A stretch of 24,000 nt of DNA from Candidatus Micrarchaeota archaeon. Its GTDB lineage: Archaea > Micrarchaeota > Micrarchaeia > Micrarchaeales > CABMGC01. The DNA is taken from the NCBI GenBank assembly GCA_030040265.1, contig JASHUB010000025.1, positions 4,271 through 28,270 of the forward strand, in the 5' to 3' direction. The position numbers and the translations under genes are program-made. The notes below the pieces were generated by a model that was not told the DNA's origin, searched no databases, and worked only from the letters and a program-made list of their open reading frames with translations. This document shows, piece after piece, positions 1-8,299 of the stretch. The stretch's first letter is position 1. Every line of letters starts with the position of its first letter.

Positions 1-362
1 AGAAGATAATGCCCAACATCTCATACTTGATAGACTACAAGATAGCGGCGGAGCTGCTCGCGAAGGCGGGATCGATGCAGCGTCTCGCAACGATGCCGGC
101 GTCGACGATCCAGTTGCTCGGCGCGGAAAAGGCCCTGTTCAAGCACGTCAAGTTCGGCACCAAGGCGCCGAAGTACGGCGTCCTGTTCAAGCTGCCGCAG
201 ATAAGCAACGCGAACAGGAGGGTCCGCGGGAGGCTTGCGAGGCTGTACGCCACGAAGATAAGCATCGCATCGCGCGCCGACGGCATGTCCAAGCGCTTCA
301 TCGCTGACAAGCTGAAGGTCCAGCTCGACAAGGCGGCGCAGAAGATATACAAGATAAAATAG
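1..362 (+). CDS. nop5: Nop5/Nop56-family C/D sRNP core protein, C-terminal fragment (5' end outside the window)
   Basis: The frame is open upstream of the listed ATG at 9 (..KIMPNIS). Residues MPNISYLIDYKIAAELLAKAGSMQRLATMPASTIQLLGAEKALFKHVKFGTKAPKYGVLF match the conserved Nop domain (PNLS..G...A..L...AG....L...PASTIQ.LGAEKALF). Confidence 0.92.
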   Translation, partial: KIMPNISYLIDYKIAAELLAKAGSMQRLATMPASTIQLLGAEKALFKHVKFGTKAPKYGVLFKLPQISNANRRVRGRLARLYATKISIASRADGMSKRFIADKLKVQLDKAAQKIYKIK

Positions 363-382
363 TCAAGGGAGCCGTAAAAGCC

Positions 383-417
383 TTTAAATAACTTGTTGTC
401 TTATTACTCTGTAATAA
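383..417 (+). promoter_or_regulatory. Putative promoter: TATA-like TTTAAATA (383-390) followed by inverted repeat TTATTAC-tct-GTAATAA (401-417)
   Basis: Archaeal TATA-like box in the intergenic gap after nop5, plus a perfect 7-bp inverted repeat with 3-nt spacer before the likely start codon of the next gene. Confidence 0.5.
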
Positions 418-473
418 ATATCGCGGAAGAATGGGGACTCTCAACGAGCGCGATTGATATTCATGGTGTATTG

Positions 474-2537
474 ATGCCGAATAACCCGGAACGAAACATG
501 GGAAACGGGGCCGTACAGGAAACGACCTACGACGAGAACCTGACTACAAACATCAACAACAAGCGACCCGAGGTAAAGGAGGTCGCAGGAAACGCTGACG
601 CTCAGAATCCTATACTGGCAGTCTACCACAGGTCCCTCGAGGAACTGGAGAAGATGCCCGTCATAGAGCGCACAAAGACAGTATGCCCAGAGTGCAAGCT
701 CATAATCGACGGCACGATATACAAGGACGGAGACAACGTCATGATTAGGAAGACGTGCGAGAAAGACGGCATGTTCGTCGAGAAGTACTGGGAGGACTAC
801 GACATGTACATCCGCATGCGTGACTTCAACTACTTCGGTCGAGGACTCGACAACCCGAACGTTCTGCTCAAGGGAGAGAACTGCCCGTTCGACTGCGGAA
901 TATGCCAGAGGCACAAGACGCACACCGGACTCGCGAACGTCGTCATAACGAACAGGTGCCACCTATCGTGCTGGTACTGCTTCTTCTACGCGAAGGAGGG
1001 CGAGCCGATCTACGAGCCTACTGTCGAAGAACTGGAGAAGATGTTCATCAGCCTGAAGAACGTGAAGCCCATCCCGGCGAACGCCATGCAGATAACCGGC
1101 GGAGAGCCGACGATGCACCCTAACGTCGTAGAGATAGTCAAGAGGTGCAAGAAGGCCGGCTTCGACCAGATACAGCTCAACACCACAGGCATAAACTTGG
1201 GTGCGAACCCAGACCTGGCGGTGAAGCTGCGAGAAGCAGGCGTAACAACGCTTTACATGTCGTACGACGGAGTGTCCAAGAGGGCGAATCCAAAGAACCA
1301 CTGGGAGACGCCGAAGGCACTGGATGCCGCAAGGAAGGCTCACATCGGTGTCGTGCTCGTGCCAACGGTAATAAGGACGATAAACGACCACGAGCTCGGA
1401 GCGATGATCAACTTCGGCCTCAACAACCTCGATGTCGTAAAGGCGGTCAACTTCCAGCCGGTCTCTCTGGTAGGAAGGATGCCTCCTAGGCTCAGGGAGA
1501 AGCAGAGGATCACCATACCTGGTGCGATCAAGCTCATAGAGGAGCAGACAAACGGCGTCATCGCCAAGGAGGACTGGAAGTCCGTGCCTTACTCGGGCGG
1601 AATAACCAAGTTCATAGAGGCGCTTTCAGGCGACTTCGGATACGACCTGTCGATCCACTTCGCATGCGGCGCAGGCTCGTACCTGTACAAGGACAACGAC
1701 GGCAAGATCACCCCGATAACGAGGTTCCTCGATGTGGACAGCTTCGTCGAGACGCTGCAGGGCGCGATCGAGGAGATGCAGGGCAAGCCGAGGTGGCAGA
1801 GGAAGATCATAGCGGCAAAGGCGCTGCTGAAGCTGCCAAAGTACATCGACAAGAAGAACCAGCCGAAGTCGGTGAACTTCGCTTCGATGCTCACGTCGGT
1901 GCTGCTGAAGCACGACTTCGAGTCCATGGGCGTCTTCCACACCCGCTCGATGTTCGTTGGCATGATGCACTTCCAGGACGAGTGGACGTACGACATCAAG
2001 AGGGTCGAGAAGTGCGACATCCACTACGCGATGCCTGACGGCCAGGTGCTGCCATTCTGCACGTTCAACGTATTCCCAGAAGTATACAGGGACAAGATCC
2101 AGAAGCAGTACAGCATACCTGCCAAGGAATGGGGCGAGACCCATGCCAACTGGAGCTATGCTTCGGACAAGCTGCACAGGGACATAAAGGCCCTAGAGTC
2201 GGACCCTGCGTACATCAGGACGTATGGGCAGATGGTCGACTACTTCGCGCTTCCCGTAAACGGCGGAAAGCATGTCGCTAACTTCGCAAGGCCAACGGAC
2301 AAGGCGGTCGTGCCTCCGATAGTCGCTGTGGCGAAATCGGTGAACGCAACCGCGCCTGCTGTCGTAAGGACCGTGGCGCAGAAGGAGGACAGCTGCGGAT
2401 GCGGCGGCCACGAGGCCAAGCAGGAGTCCAAGGACTCTTGCGGATGCGGCAGCGGAAAGGGCGGCTGCGGATGCGGGAACCAGGCCGAAGCGGCCGGTGA
2501 TTCCTGCGGATGCGGCAAGGGTGGATGCGGCTGCTGA
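474..2537 (+). CDS. tes: Radical SAM protein of the tetraether lipid synthase (Tes/MJ0619-like) family with a Cys-rich C-terminal tail
   Basis: N-terminal CPEC; CPFDCGICQRHKTHT (extra CX3CX2C); canonical CX3CX2C in TNRCHLSCWYCFFYAKEG; ITGGEPTMHP; QLNTTGINL; late-domain motif MMHFQDEWTYDIKRVEKCDIHYAMPDGQVLPFCTFNVFPEVYRDKIQKQYSIP. The track ORF begins at a TTG at 393, but promoter placement favours ATG 474 (or 498). Confidence 0.85.
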   Translation: MPNNPERNMGNGAVQETTYDENLTTNINNKRPEVKEVAGNADAQNPILAVYHRSLEELEKMPVIERTKTVCPECKLIIDGTIYKDGDNVMIRKTCEKDGMFVEKYWEDYDMYIRMRDFNYFGRGLDNPNVLLKGENCPFDCGICQRHKTHTGLANVVITNRCHLSCWYCFFYAKEGEPIYEPTVEELEKMFISLKNVKPIPANAMQITGGEPTMHPNVVEIVKRCKKAGFDQIQLNTTGINLGANPDLAVKLREAGVTTLYMSYDGVSKRANPKNHWETPKALDAARKAHIGVVLVPTVIRTINDHELGAMINFGLNNLDVVKAVNFQPVSLVGRMPPRLREKQRITIPGAIKLIEEQTNGVIAKEDWKSVPYSGGITKFIEALSGDFGYDLSIHFACGAGSYLYKDNDGKITPITRFLDVDSFVETLQGAIEEMQGKPRWQRKIIAAKALLKLPKYIDKKNQPKSVNFASMLTSVLLKHDFESMGVFHTRSMFVGMMHFQDEWTYDIKRVEKCDIHYAMPDGQVLPFCTFNVFPEVYRDKIQKQYSIPAKEWGETHANWSYASDKLHRDIKALESDPAYIRTYGQMVDYFALPVNGGKHVANFARPTDKAVVPPIVAVAKSVNATAPAVVRTVAQKEDSCGCGGHEAKQESKDSCGCGSGKGGCGCGNQAEAAGDSCGCGKGGCGC

Positions 2538-2562
2538 TGCAGCGCATCATTTATTTTTCTAA

Positions 2563-3228
2563 GTGATTCGATTGGACCATAGGACGGAAAGCAATACAAT
2601 AACGCAGCAGGACAAGGACGCTGTATCGAGCTACGTTGTCGACAAGAACGGCGTGAAGGTCCGTATGCCGTACCAGATGATAAAGCTGGTCGAGTTCGAT
2701 GACATCGACCCGAAAGAGCTGATCGACATACCGCACTCCGCGCGGCTGCAGTACAGGCTTCTCCTCATGGACGCCGTGATAAGGTGCAAGGTCGAGTTCG
2801 TAAAGCGCAAGATCATAGTCATCTACAACCACCCGGAGGCGAAGAACTACAAGGACAAGATAAGCCAGCAGCAGCTCATCGAGTTCCTCGCGAAGGAGGG
2901 CGTGCACGTCAAGCTGGACAAGATGACGGAGCGCGACTTCGACTACTTCAAGGAGCACTACACGTACGCTTTCGAGCCTGAAGTGATCCGAGAATCGGTG
3001 CCGTACGGCTACACCAAGGAGGAGTGGCAGAAGATGAAGGTGCAGACCGAGGCAAAGAAGAAGGAGGAGCACGACAAGAAGGTCAAGGAGCTCGAAGAGA
3101 GATGGGGCGAAGGAAAGAGCGCCCACAAGGACGACGACAAGCCGCACGATGCGCCGCAGGAGAAGCCCGGCGGATTCGTCGGCATGATAAAGGACGCGTT
3201 CGGAAAGCTCAGAAGCATAAACAACTGA
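2563..3228 (+). CDS. Conserved-looking hypothetical protein with a highly charged C-terminal region (start codon uncertain; GTG at 2563 in the track)
   Basis: Long ORF in the gap between confident genes; Lys/Glu-rich tail. No family recognised. Confidence 0.65.
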   Translation: MIRLDHRTESNTITQQDKDAVSSYVVDKNGVKVRMPYQMIKLVEFDDIDPKELIDIPHSARLQYRLLLMDAVIRCKVEFVKRKIIVIYNHPEAKNYKDKISQQQLIEFLAKEGVHVKLDKMTERDFDYFKEHYTYAFEPEVIRESVPYGYTKEEWQKMKVQTEAKKKEEHDKKVKELEERWGEGKSAHKDDDKPHDAPQEKPGGFVGMIKDAFGKLRSINN

Positions 3229-3230
3229 TT

Positions 3231-3968
3231 CTAGTAGCTCACGGTCTTGCTGGCCCTTAGTACATCCTTCAGGTCAAGCTCTCCTATCCTGCGGTAAGGC
3301 AACGCGCCACGGTCTGCCATGCGAACGCGGTCATCGAACTGCACAGACAGGCCGCCGTCCCTGCACGCCACCGCGATGTTCAGCCTGTTGCACATGACCC
3401 TGACAGCGACGTCCCTCCCATGGGCGGCCGATACGAACGGCTTATGCCCGGCGAAGTGGTAAGCACCATTGCTTGCCGCGTCAGCCATTATCGGAGGGAT
3501 TATGATCAGTGAGCTGTCGATCGTCATCGGGTTTCCGGGCTCGTGGTTCACCAGCATGGCACAGACTCCGCCACTGTTCGCGTTCAGCGTCGGGTTCTCC
3601 CCGACATAGACCGTGAACGTCGACCTTCGCACAGGCACTTGTGGCACCCCAGTGCGGTAGCCGTCGCCGAACGGCCTACGGACCTTTGCGACCTTTCCGT
3701 CGCTCACGAAGAAAAGCAGGTCCGCGCCTATCTCCCCCTCCCGTACTATTATTGCGGGCAGCGCAACCATCTTCTGGACCTCGGGAGGGTCATAGCTGTG
3801 CTTGCCGATCCTCGTCGCCCTGGCTGCCAGGTTCTGTATCCTGTCCATCAGTGCAAGGTCCAGGGCCGGCGTTCCGACTCCACGCTTGAGCCCAGCGAGC
3901 GCGCTCGCCGTCAGCCCACGGACAGGCATGCTCACCAGGGCCTCTGCATGGTACCCGTTGTTTACCAT
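3231..3968 (-). CDS. Hypothetical protein
   Basis: 245-aa ORF, 53 nt downstream of the DHH gene on the same strand; overlapping plus-strand ORFs look like antisense artefacts. Confidence 0.7.
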   Translation of the reverse strand: MVNNGYHAEALVSMPVRGLTASALAGLKRGVGTPALDLALMDRIQNLAARATRIGKHSYDPPEVQKMVALPAIIVREGEIGADLLFFVSDGKVAKVRRPFGDGYRTGVPQVPVRRSTFTVYVGENPTLNANSGGVCAMLVNHEPGNPMTIDSSLIIIPPIMADAASNGAYHFAGHKPFVSAAHGRDVAVRVMCNRLNIAVACRDGGLSVQFDDRVRMADRGALPYRRIGELDLKDVLRASKTVSY

Positions 3969-4021
3969 AAGGTCACTAGGTTCGGTATAGGTCGTGGCTG
4001 GTATTTAAGGCTGTCTTCGCG

Positions 4022-5431
4022 TCAGGACTCGAGATTCCCCTTCAGCCCGTCAACAAGCAATCGCATTATCTGGCTGCGGTCGTGCGCGTCGGCCACCTTG
4101 AGGGTGCCGGCGCTCATGTGCCCACCACCCGACTCGATGCCTGCGTATGCCTTCTTCATCTCCGACATCACGCCCAGCAGGTCAGCCTTGTCGCTGATGG
4201 ACTTGTCGACCCTGACAGAGACAAGCTTCCCGAAGTGCAGCACGACGATGCACGGCTCTGTATTGAGCTCGCGCATCTTGTCAAGCAGTTTCGATGCGAA
4301 TCTTCCGGGCAGGGGATAGCGCGCGGATTCGTCGCCCCTGACGTTCTCGAAATCTGCGACGAATATCTTCGCTCCGCCTGCCTGGTACATCTTGACGGCG
4401 CCCAACGCAGAGTCGATTGCCTCGCTCAGCTTGTTCTTCGCATAGCCGAGCAGCTCGTCTGCGCGCGCCTTGTCTTTCAGCACAGTGTCAATCGTCTCCG
4501 GCGTGAGGTTCGAGCTTGCTGAACCGGTGACCACGCGAGTGTCGCTGGTCATCAGGTCGAGCAGCATGGAGAGCCTGCGGCTCTCCTCAGTAGGCGCAGA
4601 GTATTCGCTGTAGTCGCCTATGAACGACGCCTCTTCCAGCTCGCGCGTGTCGACCTCTGAGAAGGTCTTCGCGAACGCGCACGAAAGGAAGCCGGCCGTG
4701 TAGTTTGAGTCCCCGCCGAACCTCCATGGATTCGTGTAGTGCGCAAAGTCAAGCCCCCTGAAACCCTCTATTATGGGGTGGTGGTCCAGCCATATGACGT
4801 CGAATTTGTCGCCGAGCGTGGCTACGCCGTCGTTGCTCTCCAGCGCGGTGCCGAAATCCGTGCAGAGGAGCAGCGGCTTCTCTATGGTGCCGTAGTTGTT
4901 CGCCATAAGCACGTCCGAAGATGCGTCATCGATGCCGTAGAACACGGACCGCTGCATCTTCCACACGGTGTTTCCGAACCGGAAGCCGATGCGCGATTCG
5001 AGATCTGCGAGCGACTTGTACAGCCCGAATGCGCCGGTGGAGCCGTCGGCGTCGTTGTGGAACCTGATTATCACCGGCGCGCCCAGCATCAGCTTCTTCA
5101 GCAGGAGCGCTGCGGATGCCGACAGCCGGTCCCACATCCTTGCCGTGACCTCGTCCAGCGCCTTCACTCCTATCGCATAAGGCTTGTTCGAGACGCAGCG
5201 CCTCGCAGCCTCGGCCGCGGCTTCCCTCGCCACCGATACCGCTGCATCATCGAAAGAGATTGCGGCGCTCTTCACGGTGCCGCCTTCGCCATCGAAGTCT
5301 ATGGTCTCGCCCTCCTTGAGGACTATCTCGCTTCTGTAATATCCGATCTTCGCGGTGGCGGTGTCCACCACGCAGTAGAGCTGCTCGCTCTGGGCATTGC
5401 TGTACTTTATCGAAGCCACCAGTCCCTTCAT
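4022..5431 (-). CDS. DHH/DHHA1 family phosphoesterase (RecJ/NrnA-like)
   Basis: Motifs VIIRFHNDADGSTGAFGL, LLLCTDFG, DVIWLDHHP, FIGDYSE, and C-terminal DHHA1 motif GIESGGGHMSAGTLKV. Confidence 0.85.
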   Translation of the reverse strand: MKGLVASIKYSNAQSEQLYCVVDTATAKIGYYRSEIVLKEGETIDFDGEGGTVKSAAISFDDAAVSVAREAAAEAARRCVSNKPYAIGVKALDEVTARMWDRLSASAALLLKKLMLGAPVIIRFHNDADGSTGAFGLYKSLADLESRIGFRFGNTVWKMQRSVFYGIDDASSDVLMANNYGTIEKPLLLCTDFGTALESNDGVATLGDKFDVIWLDHHPIIEGFRGLDFAHYTNPWRFGGDSNYTAGFLSCAFAKTFSEVDTRELEEASFIGDYSEYSAPTEESRRLSMLLDLMTSDTRVVTGSASSNLTPETIDTVLKDKARADELLGYAKNKLSEAIDSALGAVKMYQAGGAKIFVADFENVRGDESARYPLPGRFASKLLDKMRELNTEPCIVVLHFGKLVSVRVDKSISDKADLLGVMSEMKKAYAGIESGGGHMSAGTLKVADAHDRSQIMRLLVDGLKGNLES

Positions 5432-5442
5432 GTTGTTCGTAC

Positions 5443-6516
5443 CTAACTTCCCGTCGTCACGTTGAAGTTCATGCCCTCAACGCAAGCACTGTTTTCGATG
5501 CTGTTGGTTATGTAACTGCAGTAAGTAGCGTTCTTGTACCTGTATGCGAGAGAATAGTAGCACTGATAAGATTCACTCGTGTTGAACTCCGCGCAGATCG
5601 CGATGTTCTTCGTGTTGACGGCCTCCCCGAGCAGCGTGCCCGTCCTGCAGATGCTCTGGTACTGGGAGCTCACCTGCGAGCACTCATCGAGCAGCTGCGT
5701 GTAATTGACAGGGCCTGTAGGTGTCGCCTTCGATATAAGGCCAGCGCAGTAGTCGCCAAGGTTGCCGTTCGAGACGAGGCTGCAGTCGCTTGTGTTCTGC
5801 GCTGCGTATGCGACCAGCGTGTAGCAAACGTCTCTCGGCGAGAACGCGCTCTGGTTTGCCCGCAATGCAGCGAACTCAGCGACCGACTTGATGCTCAGGG
5901 AAGTATCGTAGCTGTATCCCGACGAGCTGAGGTTCGCAAGCACCATCTCGCTGAGGGTGGCATTGGTCCTGTTCGTCACCACGTCGCACAATGCGGCATC
6001 CTCCCCGAGCAGCGCCTGGTTCGTCTGCACGGCCGCGTCGCACGCCTGAGAGCCGGTTGTCGAAGCGATGTCGGCGCATAGCGTCTGGTTGTACTGTTTA
6101 ACTGCGAGGAGCGAGTAGCACGGGGCGGAGCTGCCTGAAGGCATGTAGCTGCAGTCAGACGCGTCGGCCGTAGCGTTCGCTACGAACAGGACGCATGTGG
6201 ATTGGTTCTGTGCGCCGCTTATCTTGCTGCATGTGCCGGCGTTCAGGGTCTTCTCGGCAATCGCGCCGTAGCATCCGTTCGCGCTGCCCGATGGCAGATA
6301 ACCGCAGATAGAGGCGTTGTCCGTGGCCATTGCCAATTGGTTCAGGCACTCATACTTGCTTTGGGTGATAGCCGCGCCCAGGCACTGCTGCAGCGTGCTG
6401 CCCCTCCTAAGCCCGAACGACGCAAGGGCTGCCACGATGACGATCGCGACCACCACCGCATAGATCAGGATCCTGTCGCGTCTCTCCCTCTCCGGATTTG
6501 CCATTGCTGCCTTCAT
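5443..6516 (-). CDS. Membrane-anchored extracellular Cys-repeat protein (N-terminal TM)
   Basis: Hydrophobic segment ILIYAVVVAIVIVAALASFGL near the N-terminus, then a long region with repeated CYxxLA....N...C..I.......C units and many N-x-S/T sequons. Confidence 0.75.
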   Translation of the reverse strand: MKAAMANPERERRDRILIYAVVVAIVIVAALASFGLRRGSTLQQCLGAAITQSKYECLNQLAMATDNASICGYLPSGSANGCYGAIAEKTLNAGTCSKISGAQNQSTCVLFVANATADASDCSYMPSGSSAPCYSLLAVKQYNQTLCADIASTTGSQACDAAVQTNQALLGEDAALCDVVTNRTNATLSEMVLANLSSSGYSYDTSLSIKSVAEFAALRANQSAFSPRDVCYTLVAYAAQNTSDCSLVSNGNLGDYCAGLISKATPTGPVNYTQLLDECSQVSSQYQSICRTGTLLGEAVNTKNIAICAEFNTSESYQCYYSLAYRYKNATYCSYITNSIENSACVEGMNFNVTTGS

Positions 6517-6525
6517 GCCATCAAG

Positions 6526-7260
6526 TCAACCGAAGGCCGAGGTTATGTCCTCGGCGGCTATAACCCTGAAGCCGGACGGCGATATGTCATACGGCGCAGT
6601 CACGAAACTGTGCTTCGACCCGCGCATCTTTATTATCTCCAATGCCGGCATCCTTTTCTGCTCCTCTTCGGTCTGGTACATTATTATTATACCGTCAAAC
6701 ATAAAATACTCTGGTTTGAACCTGAGCCGGTTCCGGTCCGGGTCGTCGAGCTGCGCTATGAGGAGCGAGGTGACGCCCATCCTCTTCAGGTCCTTTATCA
6801 TCGAGAGGCTAGCCTTCCTGAACGCCACTTTGTTGCTTATGAGGACATCGAGCAGCGACACCGTGTCGAGCACTATCCTGGTGGCGCCAGATGCGGTTAT
6901 GTCCCCTTCCATCTCGGATATGAACCTGCCGAAGTTGTATTCCGGGTTCTGCGCGTCGTCGAAGAGGCCCATCGCCGCTTCTGAGTTCACGGTTATCTTC
7001 TTCTGCCTGATCAGCGAGTCCATGTCCTTCAATTCCGGGAACGCTGCCTTCACGTTGTTCATGACGGAGCGCGTGTCCTCCTCAAGCGCAAACAATATCC
7101 CCGACTCGCCCATGAGCGCATTCCTGTACAGGTACTCGAACCCGAGCAGCGTCTTGCCTGCTCCAGGCCCGCCTGCAAGCAGCACCTGGTCCCTGTCCGG
7201 TATCCCGCCAAACAGCATGGCATCCAGGCCAGGTATGCCGGTTTTCACTTTCCCCTCCAT
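6526..7260 (-). CDS. KaiC-like / RadA-superfamily ATPase (single KaiC domain)
   Basis: TGIPGLDAMLFGGIPDRDQVLLAGGPGAGKTLLGFEYLYRNA (Walker A GGPGAGKT), FALEED, RIVLDTVSLL (Walker B-like), KMRGSKHS near the C-terminus. Confidence 0.88.
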   Translation of the reverse strand: MEGKVKTGIPGLDAMLFGGIPDRDQVLLAGGPGAGKTLLGFEYLYRNALMGESGILFALEEDTRSVMNNVKAAFPELKDMDSLIRQKKITVNSEAAMGLFDDAQNPEYNFGRFISEMEGDITASGATRIVLDTVSLLDVLISNKVAFRKASLSMIKDLKRMGVTSLLIAQLDDPDRNRLRFKPEYFMFDGIIIMYQTEEEQKRMPALEIIKMRGSKHSFVTAPYDISPSGFRVIAAEDITSAFG

Positions 7261-7346
7261 GAGTGCATCTCTCTAGAACATATCAGATTGGATACTACCT
7301 TTTAAATAACTTCAGATGCCTATATACGACGTATTCTGGGGTCAAA

Positions 7347-8138
7347 GTGCATCTAAGATATGTCCTTCTAGGGGTTCTGCTGATAGTGTTCGCCTTCGCA
7401 TCGGTATTCGTGTCACTGAAGTCCCTGACCAACTTCGTTGGCAACGGGGGAGGCGCGACAGAGTTTGCGATGAGGCCGAACCAGACCTTCTACTACAACT
7501 TCGCGATAAACAAGACCTCCATACTCATCGCATCGTACGCGGCAACGGCCAACCTCAGCGCATACTACCTTGTCAACAGCACGGCGTTCGCACAGCTCGA
7601 ACCAGAGGCGAAGGCGAACCAGAGCCTGCTGCCAACGGCCGAGTCGTTGGAGGGCAAGGGCGTCGTCGAGATAGTGCTCGGTTCCGCAGGCGGCGCGTTC
7701 CCGGCCACTTCGAACGTGTCGACACTTTCCGGCACGCCGATATATGCAGTGCCAAACTCCACGGTGCAGCCTGGAGCGTACTATGCAATATTCACCAGCA
7801 GCGCTGCGTCCAAAAACACCACGACCATCGTGTTCAAGGCCGAAGGCGTCAGCACTGCCCCAACCACTGCGCCGAGCATAGGCTCTTCGTTCGAGCTCGG
7901 GTCCCTGGGCGGGGTGATACTGTTCCTCCTGGGCATCTTCTTCATAGTCTGGGGTTTCTTCAAGAGGCAGCCCGGAGAGCAGCCGAAAAAGATCACGTTC
8001 CTTCCCCCTAAGACCAAGGAACAGGAGGCAAAGGACAAGAGGAGCGAGGCGGCAGAGGTCGAGCGGCTCTACGCCGGGATAGGCGCGAAGCCTAGGGCAA
8101 AGCCCAAGGCTGCAAAGCGTAGAAAGACCAGAAAGTAA
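7347..8138 (+). CDS. Hypothetical secreted/membrane protein: N-terminal TM, Asn/Thr-rich extracytoplasmic domain, C-terminal TM and basic tail
   Basis: HLRYVLLGVLLIVFAFASVFVSL and GGVILFLLGIFFIVWGFF, then a Lys/Arg-rich tail. The track start is 7263; TATATAC at 7321-7327 lies ~25 nt before the in-frame GTG at 7347, favouring that start. Confidence 0.7.
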   Translation: MHLRYVLLGVLLIVFAFASVFVSLKSLTNFVGNGGGATEFAMRPNQTFYYNFAINKTSILIASYAATANLSAYYLVNSTAFAQLEPEAKANQSLLPTAESLEGKGVVEIVLGSAGGAFPATSNVSTLSGTPIYAVPNSTVQPGAYYAIFTSSAASKNTTTIVFKAEGVSTAPTTAPSIGSSFELGSLGGVILFLLGIFFIVWGFFKRQPGEQPKKITFLPPKTKEQEAKDKRSEAAEVERLYAGIGAKPRAKPKAAKRRKTRK

Positions 8139-8161
8139 GGCGTTTGATTAAAGAGAAAAAG

Positions 8162-8206
8162 GCAGATAAGACAAAAAGAGGGTTAAGGAGAGTGGATCTT
8201 ATCTGC
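8162..8206. repeat. Perfect 10-bp inverted repeat GCAGATAAGA ... TCTTATCTGC (25-nt spacer)
   Basis: 8162-8171 and 8197-8206 are exact reverse complements in intergenic DNA. Confidence 0.8.
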
Positions 8207-8229
8207 GCAATGAAAATGATTTAGTAGGT

Positions 8230-8245
8230 AAGGTTTATAAACCTT
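8230..8245. promoter_or_regulatory. 16-bp perfect palindrome AAGGTTTATAAACCTT containing a TATA-like box
   Basis: Self-complementary sequence read directly; lies 100 nt upstream of the HTH regulator start. Confidence 0.6.
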
Positions 8246-8299
8246 AGCGCGACACTCGAAAAAGCCCTGTTATGCGTCTAAGTGGGGTTCGTCAAACTC

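Noticed and set aside
963-2177. Minus-strand ORFs under the radical SAM gene (963-1391, 1626-2177 and others)
   Set aside because: Antisense shadows of a confidently identified coding region.
2391-2537. Repetitive tail DNA as a nucleotide-level tandem repeat or CRISPR-like array
   Set aside because: Repetition reflects the DSCGCG/GGCGC peptide motif in one coding frame with irregular spacing, not a DNA repeat array.
4082-5446. Long plus-strand ORFs (4082-4522, 4739-5446) opposite the DHH gene
   Set aside because: Their translations are Arg/His/Val-rich with no motifs, typical of mirror frames in GC-rich third-position coding DNA; the minus strand carries clear DHH/DHHA1 motifs.
7301-7308. 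TTTAAATA as a bidirectional TATA for the KaiC-like gene and the plus-strand membrane protein
   Set aside because: A separate TATATAC at 7321-7327 gives better spacing to the plus-strand GTG at 7347, so the two genes probably have adjacent but distinct promoters.
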